Below are positions 38,001 to 47,210 of a stretch of DNA of 64,000 nucleotides, piece after piece. A program made the translations under genes and the position numbers. Within the stretch, counting starts at the first letter, position 1; each line of letters starts with the position of its first letter. This stretch comes from an uncultured virus (IMG/VR IMGVR_UViG_3300017746_000005) (lineage: Duplodnaviria; Heunggongvirae; Uroviricota; Caudoviricetes): IMG/VR virus record IMGVR_UViG_3300017746_000005, positions 1 to 64,000 of that record; one strand, given 5' to 3'. Below the pieces are notes generated by a model. The model was given only the letters and a program-made list of their open reading frames with translations. It did not search any database and was not told where the DNA came from.

Positions 38001-40156
38001 CTGGATTTATTGATCAGGATATCAACCAAGGTTACGATGACTTTGGATTCATCAATGCTACTACCGATTCTCTAACAAGAGTACCGTTTGGTCAGGTTGA
38101 TATTGAGCAACCTCCAACTCTTACGATCACCAGATTTATTCCTCAATGGAATGGTTCTGGTACTATTATTCCTTCTGGTACTGCGGAAGAAAGATTTATT
38201 ACCTCGGATGGCAATACCGTCCTATTCGACTTTATTGGTACTACTTCCCCAGAGAAGTTTATTGCTCAGACTCCAGAAGATACAATTCTCTTCGCAGTTT
38301 CTGGTGCAGCCGAAGACGAATCGGTCACCTTTGCCGAAGTTGGAATTGGAACTGTATATCTCTCTGGTATTGGAGTCGAGAGTGTCAGGTTTGTCGAGAT
38401 TGGAACTGGCATTCTTTCCTTCTCTGGTTCTGCATTGGAAAGATCCTCCATGGATCCTCCAGAAGGAACTTATCTACATGTATTCAGTGGAGCAGATGTT
38501 CGACCTGGACTTTCCTTTGCTTGTCAAACAACAAAGGCAACTCAACGTCTGTTTGGAGAACTATATCATCCAGACATCGACTTCACTCCACATTATGGTA
38601 TTGAGAGAAATATTGGTATTGAGACCGCATTTACACTTGCGAGTGGTGGTGGTCTCAATGAAGATGGTACTGGTCCTGGTATCGTCACTACCAGATATCT
38701 TCCCGATTATAAAGGACAAGGTGTTCTTACTCTTAGTGGTAAGGCTATTGGTCGTACCAATGCACCAATCTTTACCGATGGTACTATCTATATTCTCGGT
38801 ATTCATACCGCGGCTCAGGGAATCAGTTCTGGAAGAGAGACTGGTCTTTCCGAAAGTTATTCTCCTGGAACAATCTTTGGTGGTCCTGGTCAAGTCACCT
38901 TCAAGGGTGTCTCCCCGACTCGTCCAATTCAGGTATTTGGATATTATGGGGACGACAGAGATCCTGGAGCTGGAACGACTGGAGTCATTTCGATTACTCC
39001 TGCTCAGCAAGGAATCGAAATCAGATCCCTCAAAGATTATGTTGGTGTTGGAACTGCATACTTCTCTGGAGCATATTCCGATCTCGCTGCAACATTCAGA
39101 GAAATTGGAACGGGAGAACTCTTCAAGTTCTCTGCTCTATACGAAAGAAGAACCTTCGATTATATTGGATCTGGATTACTTACTGCATCTGGAACAACAG
39201 ATGCTCCAAGTTCTTTCCAGACTCCAGAAAGTACAGTCCTCTTTACAGTTTCTGGAGATATACGAGAAAGAGTCTCCCTGGACAACGAGACTGGTGGAAC
39301 GATTTCCATCTTCAACACAGAAAAAGTTGTTACTGGAATTACTCTTACTATCGCAACTGGAGGCACGTTCAGTCTCTTCTCCAGTGGTGCGGAATCGATT
39401 GTTATTCCTTCGGATACCACTACGGCTCTCTTCGATATCGAAGGAATTGCGAAAACCAAAGAAATTCAGGTCTACGGTTACTACGGAGATGATAGAGATC
39501 CTGGTACATCTGGAACTATCACAATTGTTGGTGAACTCACTCACCCACAGATTGACTATACTCCCGCAGAGGTTGGATTTGGAGATCTCACTTTCGTTGG
39601 CGAATCTATCGTCAAGGTCGATCTCAAGATCGTCGGAAAAGGAACTCTTCCAATATCTGGTTCTGCAACAGAGAAATTTGTCAGTGGTGCAGGCGAAGAT
39701 ACGATCCTCTTCTCCATCGACGGAAGTGCCGAAACGGCACTCAATCAAGTTTATGGATACTACGGAGACGACAGGGATCCAGGCACATCTGGAATTACTA
39801 CAATTTCTGGTGTTGGTATTACAAAACCAATACAGGTATTTGGATATTATGGAGACGACAAAGATCCTGGTACATCAGGAACATTTACATTCTCCAATAC
39901 ACCTCTTGTTCATCCAGAAGTCGATTACACTCCACATTACACAGGCACGGGAGTTGTATACTTTACTGGAGGAGTTTCCGTCAAGAGGACTTTCCCAGAA
40001 GTTGTTGGTTCTGGTTCTCTCTTCGGATTTGGTACAAAAGACGAAGCATTTGCGAGAACAACATACGTCGGTATCGGTGTTGCCAACTTCTTCGGAGCCT
40101 CATTTACGGAAACAATTGCGTTTGAACCAGCTCGTGTATACGTTACTATCATTTAA
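35060..40156 (+). CDS. large acidic virion structural protein (1698 aa) with short internal repeats
   Basis: long ORF in the late operon; repeated Y.GSG.L..SG.A.E and ED[YW]G.I units; QV[FY]GYYGDD[RK]DPG x4. Confidence 0.8.
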   Translation: MAVYVYDTNKVDIFVSEDKGLVTTSVTSTADYGNISDTADDDRGADNFNPWYFGLITDLADVLPFGKFDVGGNALPLISPAIPGSGLFRIEDIAEVSYVTPWRGSGTLFEIGGGLERLVIPDLGAAGPSPSIYGQAKESNTFVTVGSGILAQLSDKGETAKFNRYPWDATGTLTLSGYNGTLFPDDFIAVIKNVAKVKGVAPTRVIYDYSLDPDTKFDAENYGFVFNTSGGKFSDAEDLTFDRIITTNKDRSFSDDDQLEYENLGDITVNTQQKDLPVDILPDDLVDYQVNYQRTQIQGSGSGIGPTGGFDIGRHVKFGTGNGSREFYWRFDTTNSDYIKLSVIRGSDTNGGEDPDETQESLYLDRWTGSSWIRISTVCAYNDTTFNSLKEVSIPLTAQNRGNYFYRLRQDNSSNNANWDHYGVTSITYDLRQTFPIDVENNGVIERKLGGGLFMHDYQATGISASESIPFAYFGTGSLFALGELDPEKDVDQIFGYAGSGGFNVIGENFFSQAPQSTIFGLEGEISFSGSCVERFVPATVDNTVLFNQVGSANDKIIWQAGERKVTIRPIGFGSVLLSDTPPTSTATLVVSGAASNLERTFADGNVSLFDIGGDAGNPLSARFTPHFRSARGDIVLPDEDWGLIVNSATEFEDWGYIREVATTSIVFGDILSPFNYVQIGGQHYPSTDTFSVGESSLTKQTLGFTGIATFRISEDSSLERTFGYESSGITGIATYKAGINIFGYNWFSQAPQSTVFGLEGELTLSGSASESVTPFIEPQGTDGNFTFLSGSAEARSVAPSPAGDVYVGGTADIVFSPTVTGVGSATLRTGREEFQTYLRIIDPDMDLVLTTIGGGLVNEDFVKSYNESSIYYGPQDEDYGSILNAAAYGMGLNFSGAASDVETYDDETNTYDQDVLFSSDGLTYDQSTGGTSILPSFDKTESFPVNFGTTVVSEDLGTLTEGNPIPGGPAYDQYLYPNYTGFIDQDINQGYDDFGFINATTDSLTRVPFGQVDIEQPPTLTITRFIPQWNGSGTIIPSGTAEERFITSDGNTVLFDFIGTTSPEKFIAQTPEDTILFAVSGAAEDESVTFAEVGIGTVYLSGIGVESVRFVEIGTGILSFSGSALERSSMDPPEGTYLHVFSGADVRPGLSFACQTTKATQRLFGELYHPDIDFTPHYGIERNIGIETAFTLASGGGLNEDGTGPGIVTTRYLPDYKGQGVLTLSGKAIGRTNAPIFTDGTIYILGIHTAAQGISSGRETGLSESYSPGTIFGGPGQVTFKGVSPTRPIQVFGYYGDDRDPGAGTTGVISITPAQQGIEIRSLKDYVGVGTAYFSGAYSDLAATFREIGTGELFKFSALYERRTFDYIGSGLLTASGTTDAPSSFQTPESTVLFTVSGDIRERVSLDNETGGTISIFNTEKVVTGITLTIATGGTFSLFSSGAESIVIPSDTTTALFDIEGIAKTKEIQVYGYYGDDRDPGTSGTITIVGELTHPQIDYTPAEVGFGDLTFVGESIVKVDLKIVGKGTLPISGSATEKFVSGAGEDTILFSIDGSAETALNQVYGYYGDDRDPGTSGITTISGVGITKPIQVFGYYGDDKDPGTSGTFTFSNTPLVHPEVDYTPHYTGTGVVYFTGGVSVKRTFPEVVGSGSLFGFGTKDEAFARTTYVGIGVANFFGASFTETIAFEPARVYVTII
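36590..37341 (+). repeat. 41-nt direct repeat pair (36590-36630 and 37301-37341), 40/41 identical
   Basis: ttcagtcaggctccacaaagtaca[a/g]tattcggtctcgaagg encoding FSQAPQST[I/V]FGLEG. Confidence 0.85.
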
Positions 40157-40159
40157 CTT

Positions 40160-40167
40160 TATAAATA
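40160..40167 (+). promoter_or_regulatory. T4-type late promoter
   Basis: exact TATAAATA upstream of ATG 40201. Confidence 0.7.
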
Positions 40168-40200
40168 AATCAGAAGCATACCTTTCATGAGTTCTGAATC

Positions 40201-40659
40201 ATGACAAAACAGGTTCAATTTAGAAAGGGAACCACAGCTGAACACTTTAACTTCACTGGGGCCCTTGCTGAAATTACTGTTGATACGGATAAAAATGTTG
40301 CTGTTGTCCATGACGGTGTAACTCCTGGTGGTTTTGAACTTTCAAGATCAAGATGGATTTATGTTGCTGGAGATACTACCACTGGTACTAACCAGAAATA
40401 TACGGTTGACTCCACATATAGTCCTACAGGATTGAGCGTTACCCTACCAACTCCTCGTGCAGTTGGTGACTGGGTTTGGATTGAGGATTTTGGTAATTTC
40501 ATGAGTATCAATCCAGTAAACATTATTTCGGATAAGTCTTTTGAGAACGGTCACCTCGTAAGAGAAAGTTCACCTTTTATTATGGATGTATCTGGGGCGT
40601 CTGTAACATTCATTTGGAATGGAAGTCTTTGGAAAGTGTTCAACAATAGAGGCAGTTAA
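40201..40659 (+). CDS. tail-associated protein with major-tropism-determinant N-terminal (Mtd_N-like) domain
   Basis: QVQFRKGTTAEH..FTGA.AEITVDTDK...VVHDG.T.GG; C-terminal VTLP.....GD.V.I.D fibre-type domain. Confidence 0.8.
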   Translation: MTKQVQFRKGTTAEHFNFTGALAEITVDTDKNVAVVHDGVTPGGFELSRSRWIYVAGDTTTGTNQKYTVDSTYSPTGLSVTLPTPRAVGDWVWIEDFGNFMSINPVNIISDKSFENGHLVRESSPFIMDVSGASVTFIWNGSLWKVFNNRGS

Positions 40660-40661
40660 AC

Positions 40662-41066
40662 ATGGCACTAACCCTAAGTAATTCAATTTCTGGTGAATTT
40701 TTACCATCAGAATCATCTGGATTTTTTGTATACGCATTAAGACGAGATGCGGAGAATATGCTGTACTTCTCTAAAGTTAGTGCTGCATCTACGGAATTGG
40801 GTGAGTTTTATCGGACTGATGGAACTGCAATTCCAGAATTTGGTGACGGTGTTGATTATGGTACTTATGATGTTGGTGTTGGTAAAACGTCAGTCATTCG
40901 TAATGACATCGCTACGGATAAAAAATCTTTAGATGATCCGAATGATAAATATCAACAGATCCGCTTTGATAGAAGGAACCTCTACTATTACATAGATGAT
41001 GATGGTTTTTTCGTCATCAGGTTCAATGGACCAGATTATGATTACAACTCTATCGGACCAAAATAA
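40662..41066 (+). CDS. virion-associated hypothetical protein (134 aa)
   Basis: FVYALRRD...LYF.K and KYQQ.RFD.RNL.YYIDDDG motifs; lies between fibre-related genes. Confidence 0.75.
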   Translation: MALTLSNSISGEFLPSESSGFFVYALRRDAENMLYFSKVSAASTELGEFYRTDGTAIPEFGDGVDYGTYDVGVGKTSVIRNDIATDKKSLDDPNDKYQQIRFDRRNLYYYIDDDGFFVIRFNGPDYDYNSIGPK

Positions 41067-41084
41067 TAATTAAAAGGAGAAACA

Positions 41085-44000
41085 ATGGCTGAGTTTAGAC
41101 TTGGAAGAGTAAAATTCAACTGGACGGGTAATTGGACACCTTCCAAATCTTACCTGATTGACGATATCGCCAAGTTTGGTGGCAATACTTATGTAGCGGT
41201 CGCAAACCACACTTCCACTGGAAGCACTGCTAACTTCTACACCGATCTCGGTAATTGGAATCTTCATATTGAGGGTCTAGAGAACAGGGGTAGTTGGTCA
41301 GCAGATACGTATTACCGAATAAACGATCTCGTCACCTTCGGTAACGTAGTATATCGTGTTACAGTTGCACATACTTCTGTCGGTACATTTATCGATGAGA
41401 CGAAGGTTGTTCAGTATGTAGCAGGTTTTAATGCAGAAGGTGAGTGGCAAAACACCGAAGAGTATCAACAAGGGGACGTTGTTAATTACAACGGGTCTTC
41501 CTATGTTGCAATTACTACTTCTTCTGCTGGATTTAACCCACCAGAATACATCGGTTTAGGAACAGGTAGCAAGTGGAATATCCTTTCCGATGGTCTTGCT
41601 GGTTCTGCAGTAACATATACGGAAGGCACCTATTATAGAGGTGACATGATTCTGTTTGGTGGTAATACATATCGCCACAAACTTGGTATTACTACCAATG
41701 TTTCTCCTACTCAAGCTGGACTAGGAACTGTTGGAGATGCTCAGTATAATGGTAACATTGTCTGGGATCTTCTGGTCAAAGGCATTAGCTTTGTTGGTAA
41801 TTTCTCCACAACATTCGCATATCATCCAGGTCATGTCGTTAGATATGGATCTAACTCATATGTCTCAGTTGGTGCTTCTTTCGTAAATATTAATCCAATT
41901 GCTGGTGTAGGAACATACTGGGAAACATTAGCTGCTGGTGACTCATCTGCTGCTCTTAATGCTAAGGGTGATATTCTTACTTATAACGGTGGTCCTGCTA
42001 GAATCGGTATTGGTTCTACTGGTTATGCACTTGCAGTTCAAAGTGATGGAGTTCCTGGATACGAAATTGTTGGTAACCAGACAAGAATCTATTATGTTGA
42101 CTCCGAAGATGGACTAGATGCCAACAACGGTCTTGCACCTAACCTCGCATTTAAGACAATTAAGGCGGCTTGTGCTGCTGCACGTCCTGATAACAATATC
42201 ACTGACTTCCAGTATACTGCCTCAACTGGTGTTGCAACTATCACATCTCCTGGTCACGGTCTAGCAAACGTTGGTACGTTTGTTCAGTTGGCTGAGATTG
42301 AATTTGAATGTCTGTCTGGTGGTAATGTCTTCAACATCTTGGGCATGACCTATAACAAGGCTGTTGGTCTTGCAACTATTACTGCTATTGGTCTTGGTGC
42401 TGCTCCAGAAATTGGAATTGGTGCTACTGTTAGATTGAGAAATCTTGGTATTTCATTCACTGGTAATGCAAACTTTGATCACCAGTTCTCCAGTGCAGAA
42501 GAGGATGCCCTCATCACTGGTGGTGACTACATTCATAACTTTGTGGCTGCTACTTCGGGTGCAGTTAACGTTGTAACAGGAACTCTTTCTGGATCCCAGT
42601 TAACTCCAACAAACGCTGTTTATACCGCAACTAGTGGTGAATTGGAGATCACTGTTGGTTCTCACGGTCTATCGATTAGTGACACCATCAGCTTCGATGC
42701 CAACTCAATGACATTCACTTGTCAGATGGACGGTGGTAGTTCTAATAAGACATATCCAAGAACAACTGACCCCGCATACGGCGTCAACCTCTCAATCAAC
42801 GCAATTACTGCAAACACTTTCACAGTTAACGTTGGACCTTCTCCTATCGTCAACTTCCAAGTTGGTGGTGCAACATATAACCAGGTAACTGGCGATATCG
42901 TAATGGATGTCGGTGTTCATCAACTTGATGTTGGTACATCGGTCAAACTTCTTACCGAAGGTCTGGTCTTCAAGTGTTCCATGGACGGTTACCTAACCGA
43001 CCACGCATATCCAAGAGCAACTGCTGGTGATGGTTCTCCCGATCCCGCATACAATACTGCTCTGTCGATTACTGCTGCAACAACTACTACCATCACGGTT
43101 AATGTTGGTACTGCAAGTTCTTCTCAGACAATTACTGGTAAGTTCCCTGCAGTTCATACTCAGGCATCTACTTTCCAGTTCCCAGTTCAGGCAGTTCCCG
43201 ATAACAACTCTATTGTAGTTAACGTCGGTGTTTCCAATACTGATTATCTCTATGTTTCTGGTGGTACTGCGTTTGTTGGTGTTACAACAACGGTTTATCC
43301 CGATAAGGTCTCCAAGTCTTACTTTGAGGTTCTTCAGGTTATCGATGCCAATAGAATTAGAGCTAACGTTGGTATCTCCACAATCAATCACACATATGTA
43401 AGAGGCGGTCATCTAACTGACCTAACTCCTGCTATCTTGAAACTGTCTGCTTCTCAGTTCTATGAGCAACTGCCAATCAAGGTTCCTCCTTTCACCTCGA
43501 TTATCGGTAACTCACTAAGAGGTACTCAGATTCTACCTGCTTCTGGTTTCTCTGACGACACTGTTACTCCTAACAACAGATCTCAGATGTTCCAGTTGTC
43601 TGATGCTACTACACTTCAGGCAATGTCCATGAAGGGAATGGAAGGATTCCATTATGATCCTACCGCACCTTTCGTACTAGATAATAGTAACATTAGAACT
43701 GGTCTTGGAACAACTGCTGCTGGTACTGTTTGTGCCTTCAACCCAGATTCACCAATCAATAATAAGTCTCCTTATGTTAAGGACTGTACTGTATTCTCTG
43801 ATAACGCAAGTGACTTTGGTCGCTTCGGTGGTGGTGCAGTCGGCGTATTCGCTGATGGTGGTGTCCATTCCGAAGGTGCAAAATCAATGGTATTTGACTC
43901 CTTCACCCAGGTATCTTCCGATGGTGCTGGATATATCCTAGATAAGAGTGCAATCTCCGAGATTGTTTCTTGCTTCACCTACTACTGTAAGTGGGGATAC

Positions 44001-45518
44001 TACTCTGGTGGCGGATCTAGAATTCGTTCTGTTGGTGGTAACAACTCTTATGGTGATTATGGTGTTATTGCATCTGGATTCTCTACAGAAGAGACCCCAA
44101 GAGAAACAAGAGTATTTGGTTCTCTGATGGAAGTAAATGGTGTAAGTAAGTCTGGTACTCTGTCTATTGGTGCTACCATGTTTGGTGCAACCTCTGGTGC
44201 TCGTGGATGGTTCATTAACGATCAAACCGCTGCAGACAGAATTTACTTCAAGTATCATCCTGGTTATGGTTCGGTTGGTCTTGGAACCACTGGATTCGTA
44301 GATGGTGAGATTGTCTGGTTCGGTGATGGCGGCGACAGTCAGTCTGGTGTTGGTTCTATCACAGTTTCTGGTGTCACTTCATCTATTGGTGGACAGAGAG
44401 GCACAATTCTAGAAGTTGATAATATTTCTTCTGCGCTTTTAGTTGGTGACGCACTTGGATTCTCTACATCCTCTTACGGTGATGACAATCTATTCTATAT
44501 CATTAACACCGTCACGAATGTTGCTACTGCGTCTACATACACGTATTACACAACTAGTGGTATTCAAACGGTAACATATCAAAATCGTGCTACTCTGACA
44601 ATCTCTCCAGAGAAGACTACTGGAACATGGGATACCAGAGAGGTGACTGGTGCAGGTTCTACAGTTTCAGTTAGAACTCTATTCTCACAATGTCGCCTAA
44701 CAGGTCATGACTTCTTGAGTGTTGGTACTGGTAACAAGGTAGAAACCAATTATCCCGATGTTGATCAAACTCAGATTATTCAGGGTAATGAGACTAATAT
44801 CTTCGGTCCTGGTAAGGTATTCTTTGTTTCCACTGACCAAGGTGGTAACTTCAGAGTCGGTCAATTCTTCTCCGTTGATCAGTTGACTGGTCGTGCAACC
44901 TTGGACGCTTCTGCGTTCAACCTGTCTGGTTTGACTGAACTGAGACTGGGTGCAATCGGTGGTCAAGTTGGTGAGGCGATTAACGAATTCTCCTCCGACG
45001 AAACTATGTCTGGCATGTCTAACAACGCATGTCCTACTGAGGCTGCAGTTGCTGGATTCCTCCGTCATGGTTCAATGGGATCTAAGGCAATGACACCACC
45101 AGTTGGTACTACTGCTGAGAGACCTGGTGGTGTTGATGAAGAGTTCAACACTGGTGCTCTAAGATTCAACACTGACCTCGGTTCTATTGAGTTCTATAAT
45201 GGATCTATTTGGACACAACCTGGACTTAAGACCTACTCAACGGTATCGAGTTCAGGCGCGGTCGCGGCGGGTCAGGAGTACTTTGTTAACACCACTGGTG
45301 GTACTTTAACTCTGACTCTACCTGGAACCCCCGCACTGGGAGATACCATTAGATTCTATGATGTTGCTAAGACCTTTGATTCCAACGCCTTGGTGATTGG
45401 ACGTAACGGAAAACCAATCCAAGGTGATACTTCCGATATGACGGTCAATCTTGAAGGGGCTTCATTTGAACTCGCTTTCTCGGGTGATACCTACGGTTGG
45501 AGATTGTTCTCCGTCTGA
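41085..45518 (+). CDS. tail fibre / tailspike-like protein (1477 aa)
   Basis: MAEFRLGRVKFNW.G.W start; W....Y...D.V.Y.G..Y repeats (CBM5/12-like); YYV...G.D.N.G......FKTIK.A and SPYV..C..F beta-helix hallmarks; STDQGGNFRVG; P.GTTAERP; C-terminal LTLP.TP..GD.I...D domain. Confidence 0.85.
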   Translation: MAEFRLGRVKFNWTGNWTPSKSYLIDDIAKFGGNTYVAVANHTSTGSTANFYTDLGNWNLHIEGLENRGSWSADTYYRINDLVTFGNVVYRVTVAHTSVGTFIDETKVVQYVAGFNAEGEWQNTEEYQQGDVVNYNGSSYVAITTSSAGFNPPEYIGLGTGSKWNILSDGLAGSAVTYTEGTYYRGDMILFGGNTYRHKLGITTNVSPTQAGLGTVGDAQYNGNIVWDLLVKGISFVGNFSTTFAYHPGHVVRYGSNSYVSVGASFVNINPIAGVGTYWETLAAGDSSAALNAKGDILTYNGGPARIGIGSTGYALAVQSDGVPGYEIVGNQTRIYYVDSEDGLDANNGLAPNLAFKTIKAACAAARPDNNITDFQYTASTGVATITSPGHGLANVGTFVQLAEIEFECLSGGNVFNILGMTYNKAVGLATITAIGLGAAPEIGIGATVRLRNLGISFTGNANFDHQFSSAEEDALITGGDYIHNFVAATSGAVNVVTGTLSGSQLTPTNAVYTATSGELEITVGSHGLSISDTISFDANSMTFTCQMDGGSSNKTYPRTTDPAYGVNLSINAITANTFTVNVGPSPIVNFQVGGATYNQVTGDIVMDVGVHQLDVGTSVKLLTEGLVFKCSMDGYLTDHAYPRATAGDGSPDPAYNTALSITAATTTTITVNVGTASSSQTITGKFPAVHTQASTFQFPVQAVPDNNSIVVNVGVSNTDYLYVSGGTAFVGVTTTVYPDKVSKSYFEVLQVIDANRIRANVGISTINHTYVRGGHLTDLTPAILKLSASQFYEQLPIKVPPFTSIIGNSLRGTQILPASGFSDDTVTPNNRSQMFQLSDATTLQAMSMKGMEGFHYDPTAPFVLDNSNIRTGLGTTAAGTVCAFNPDSPINNKSPYVKDCTVFSDNASDFGRFGGGAVGVFADGGVHSEGAKSMVFDSFTQVSSDGAGYILDKSAISEIVSCFTYYCKWGYYSGGGSRIRSVGGNNSYGDYGVIASGFSTEETPRETRVFGSLMEVNGVSKSGTLSIGATMFGATSGARGWFINDQTAADRIYFKYHPGYGSVGLGTTGFVDGEIVWFGDGGDSQSGVGSITVSGVTSSIGGQRGTILEVDNISSALLVGDALGFSTSSYGDDNLFYIINTVTNVATASTYTYYTTSGIQTVTYQNRATLTISPEKTTGTWDTREVTGAGSTVSVRTLFSQCRLTGHDFLSVGTGNKVETNYPDVDQTQIIQGNETNIFGPGKVFFVSTDQGGNFRVGQFFSVDQLTGRATLDASAFNLSGLTELRLGAIGGQVGEAINEFSSDETMSGMSNNACPTEAAVAGFLRHGSMGSKAMTPPVGTTAERPGGVDEEFNTGALRFNTDLGSIEFYNGSIWTQPGLKTYSTVSSSGAVAAGQEYFVNTTGGTLTLTLPGTPALGDTIRFYDVAKTFDSNALVIGRNGKPIQGDTSDMTVNLEGASFELAFSGDTYGWRLFSV

Positions 45519-45559
45519 TACGTGACTATCTTTGTTATGATTTTCTTTATAAATTTTTA

Positions 45560-45567
45560 TCTAAATA
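45560..45567 (+). promoter_or_regulatory. late-promoter-like motif upstream of the Cys-rich triplet
   Basis: TCTAAATA 20 nt upstream of ATG 45588; the same variant precedes gp15. Confidence 0.55.
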
Positions 45568-45587
45568 AAACTAATCTAGGATCGTAA

Positions 45588-46370
45588 ATGGCCAACTATA
45601 GATCATATAAAAAAGTCTCTGCGGCCCAGGTTCCAGATGGGTCCATCACCATTGAAAAGCTTTCTACTGGTGTTGGACCGAGCTGGAATGTAAAGACAAT
45701 TTATGGTGATCCAGGAGTACTCACTTCTGGTTGTTGCTGTAATTGGACAGTACCGACTGGAGTTGGCAAAGTTACTTGGGAACTCTGGGGTGCTGGTGGT
45801 AATGGACATGGTGCATGTTCTTGCAACAGATGTCATCACTACAGAGGTGCTGGCGGTGGCAGTTTCAACACCAAGACGATTTCTACCGCAGGAAGTTGTC
45901 AATATACAGTATGTGCTGCTGGCGTCTATAGATGCTGTTCTAGAGAATGTGTTGGATGTCACGGATGTGCATCATATGTAAATGGATACAACCTAACTAA
46001 CTTCTGTGCGGTGGGTGGCGGTAGAGGAGAGGCTAATACAGATTGGTCTAACCTCTGTCATTCTACTTATCACACCTGTATGCAAGCAGGAAGTTATGGT
46101 GGAGACTTTGCAGTCGCACCCCATTGGCCAGGATTCAGTGGTCACTGGAACTGTCATTGTGGACAAAGTAATACTCAGACTTGTACTGGTGCTGCTCCAT
46201 TCATTGGAATTGGTAATAAAACCCATAGTGCCTACTGTTGGATGCGCTGTGGTTGCTGGACGACTCCATATGGTGCTGGTGGTCAAGGTGCAATGACCTC
46301 ATATTGTGAAAGATGCTGCGGACAAGGCGGTACTGGTGGATCTGGAATAGTACGTATCACATACATGTAA
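45588..46370 (+). CDS. Cys-rich Gly-rich-domain protein, paralog 1 (putative fibre-tip/adhesin)
   Basis: WTVPTGV....ELWGAGGNG, GAGGG, GGTGGSGIVRITY Gly-rich-domain motifs; 25 Cys in 260 aa (manual count). Confidence 0.8.
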   Translation: MANYRSYKKVSAAQVPDGSITIEKLSTGVGPSWNVKTIYGDPGVLTSGCCCNWTVPTGVGKVTWELWGAGGNGHGACSCNRCHHYRGAGGGSFNTKTISTAGSCQYTVCAAGVYRCCSRECVGCHGCASYVNGYNLTNFCAVGGGRGEANTDWSNLCHSTYHTCMQAGSYGGDFAVAPHWPGFSGHWNCHCGQSNTQTCTGAAPFIGIGNKTHSAYCWMRCGCWTTPYGAGGQGAMTSYCERCCGQGGTGGSGIVRITYM

Positions 46371-46383
46371 TCAAGGGGAATCA

Positions 46384-47184
46384 ATGGCCAATTACGCAAG
46401 TTACAAAAAAATTAACGGAGATCAACTAGATAATGGAATCTTAGGATCTACAAAATTCTCCACTTCCCCAACCTCAACATTCGGAGTAAAGTGGTTTTAC
46501 GGAACCATGTGCCGATGTTCACCTGGATGTTGCTGCGCTTGGGTTGTTCCTACTGGAGTTAAAAAACTCTGGATCCAGGCTTGGGGTGCTGGTGGTAATG
46601 GACATGGTGCATGTTCATGTAGTAGATGTCATCACTACAGAGGTGCTGGCGGTGGACTGTATAACAGTGTGATGTTAGATACCACCGCTGGATGTACATA
46701 TTCTGTATGTGCAGCTGGTGTATATCCATGCCTCTCTAGGGAATGTGCGGGATGTAACGGATGCTCATCATATGTAAATGGGTATAATCTAAGTAACTTC
46801 TGTGCATACGGTGGATCTTGTGGTCACGCCAATACCTCATGGGAGACCGCCTGTAATGCAGAATGGCACTGCTGTGTGGCTCCTACAAGTAATGGTGGTC
46901 AGTTTGGTATGGGTACTCTACGAGACACTTGGACTATGGGTGGATATTCTACCAACCGTAGTCGTTGGTGTCACTGTTATGTTCATATGACTACTCCAAC
47001 TTCTGCTCCACTCATTGGAACTGATGTTCACCAATCACTTCGTGAATGTTGGGTTCGTTGTGGTTGCTGGATTGTTCCTTATGGTCATGGTGGTCAAGGT
47101 GCAATGACTACTTATTGTGGTTCAAGTTGCTGCGGACAAGGCGGTACTGGTGGTGGCGGACTCGTCAAAATCACTTACTTCTGA
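46384..47184 (+). CDS. Cys-rich Gly-rich-domain protein, paralog 2
   Basis: same architecture; 27 Cys in 266 aa (manual count). Confidence 0.8.
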   Translation: MANYASYKKINGDQLDNGILGSTKFSTSPTSTFGVKWFYGTMCRCSPGCCCAWVVPTGVKKLWIQAWGAGGNGHGACSCSRCHHYRGAGGGLYNSVMLDTTAGCTYSVCAAGVYPCLSRECAGCNGCSSYVNGYNLSNFCAYGGSCGHANTSWETACNAEWHCCVAPTSNGGQFGMGTLRDTWTMGGYSTNRSRWCHCYVHMTTPTSAPLIGTDVHQSLRECWVRCGCWIVPYGHGGQGAMTTYCGSSCCGQGGTGGGGLVKITYF

Positions 47185-47210
47185 TAAATAACTATTAAAT
47201 AGGACTCCAA

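Noticed and set aside
38088..40190. 700-codon overlapping ORF (and the 302-codon ORF 36921..37829) in the +1 frame of the 1698-aa gene
   Set aside because: The Leu/Val-rich translation is the typical +1 shadow of GGT/ACT/GCT-rich codons. In this stretch the NTA codons I checked are followed by pyrimidines, which removes +1 stops. Many shorter +1 shadows occur throughout the window, and there is no ATG start, SD or recognisable motif.
40201..40659. Diversity-generating retroelement suggested by the Mtd_N-like domain
   Set aside because: No reverse transcriptase, no Avd and no template/variable repeat pair with multiple adenine-specific mismatches in the window; Mtd_N is just a common fibre anchor domain.
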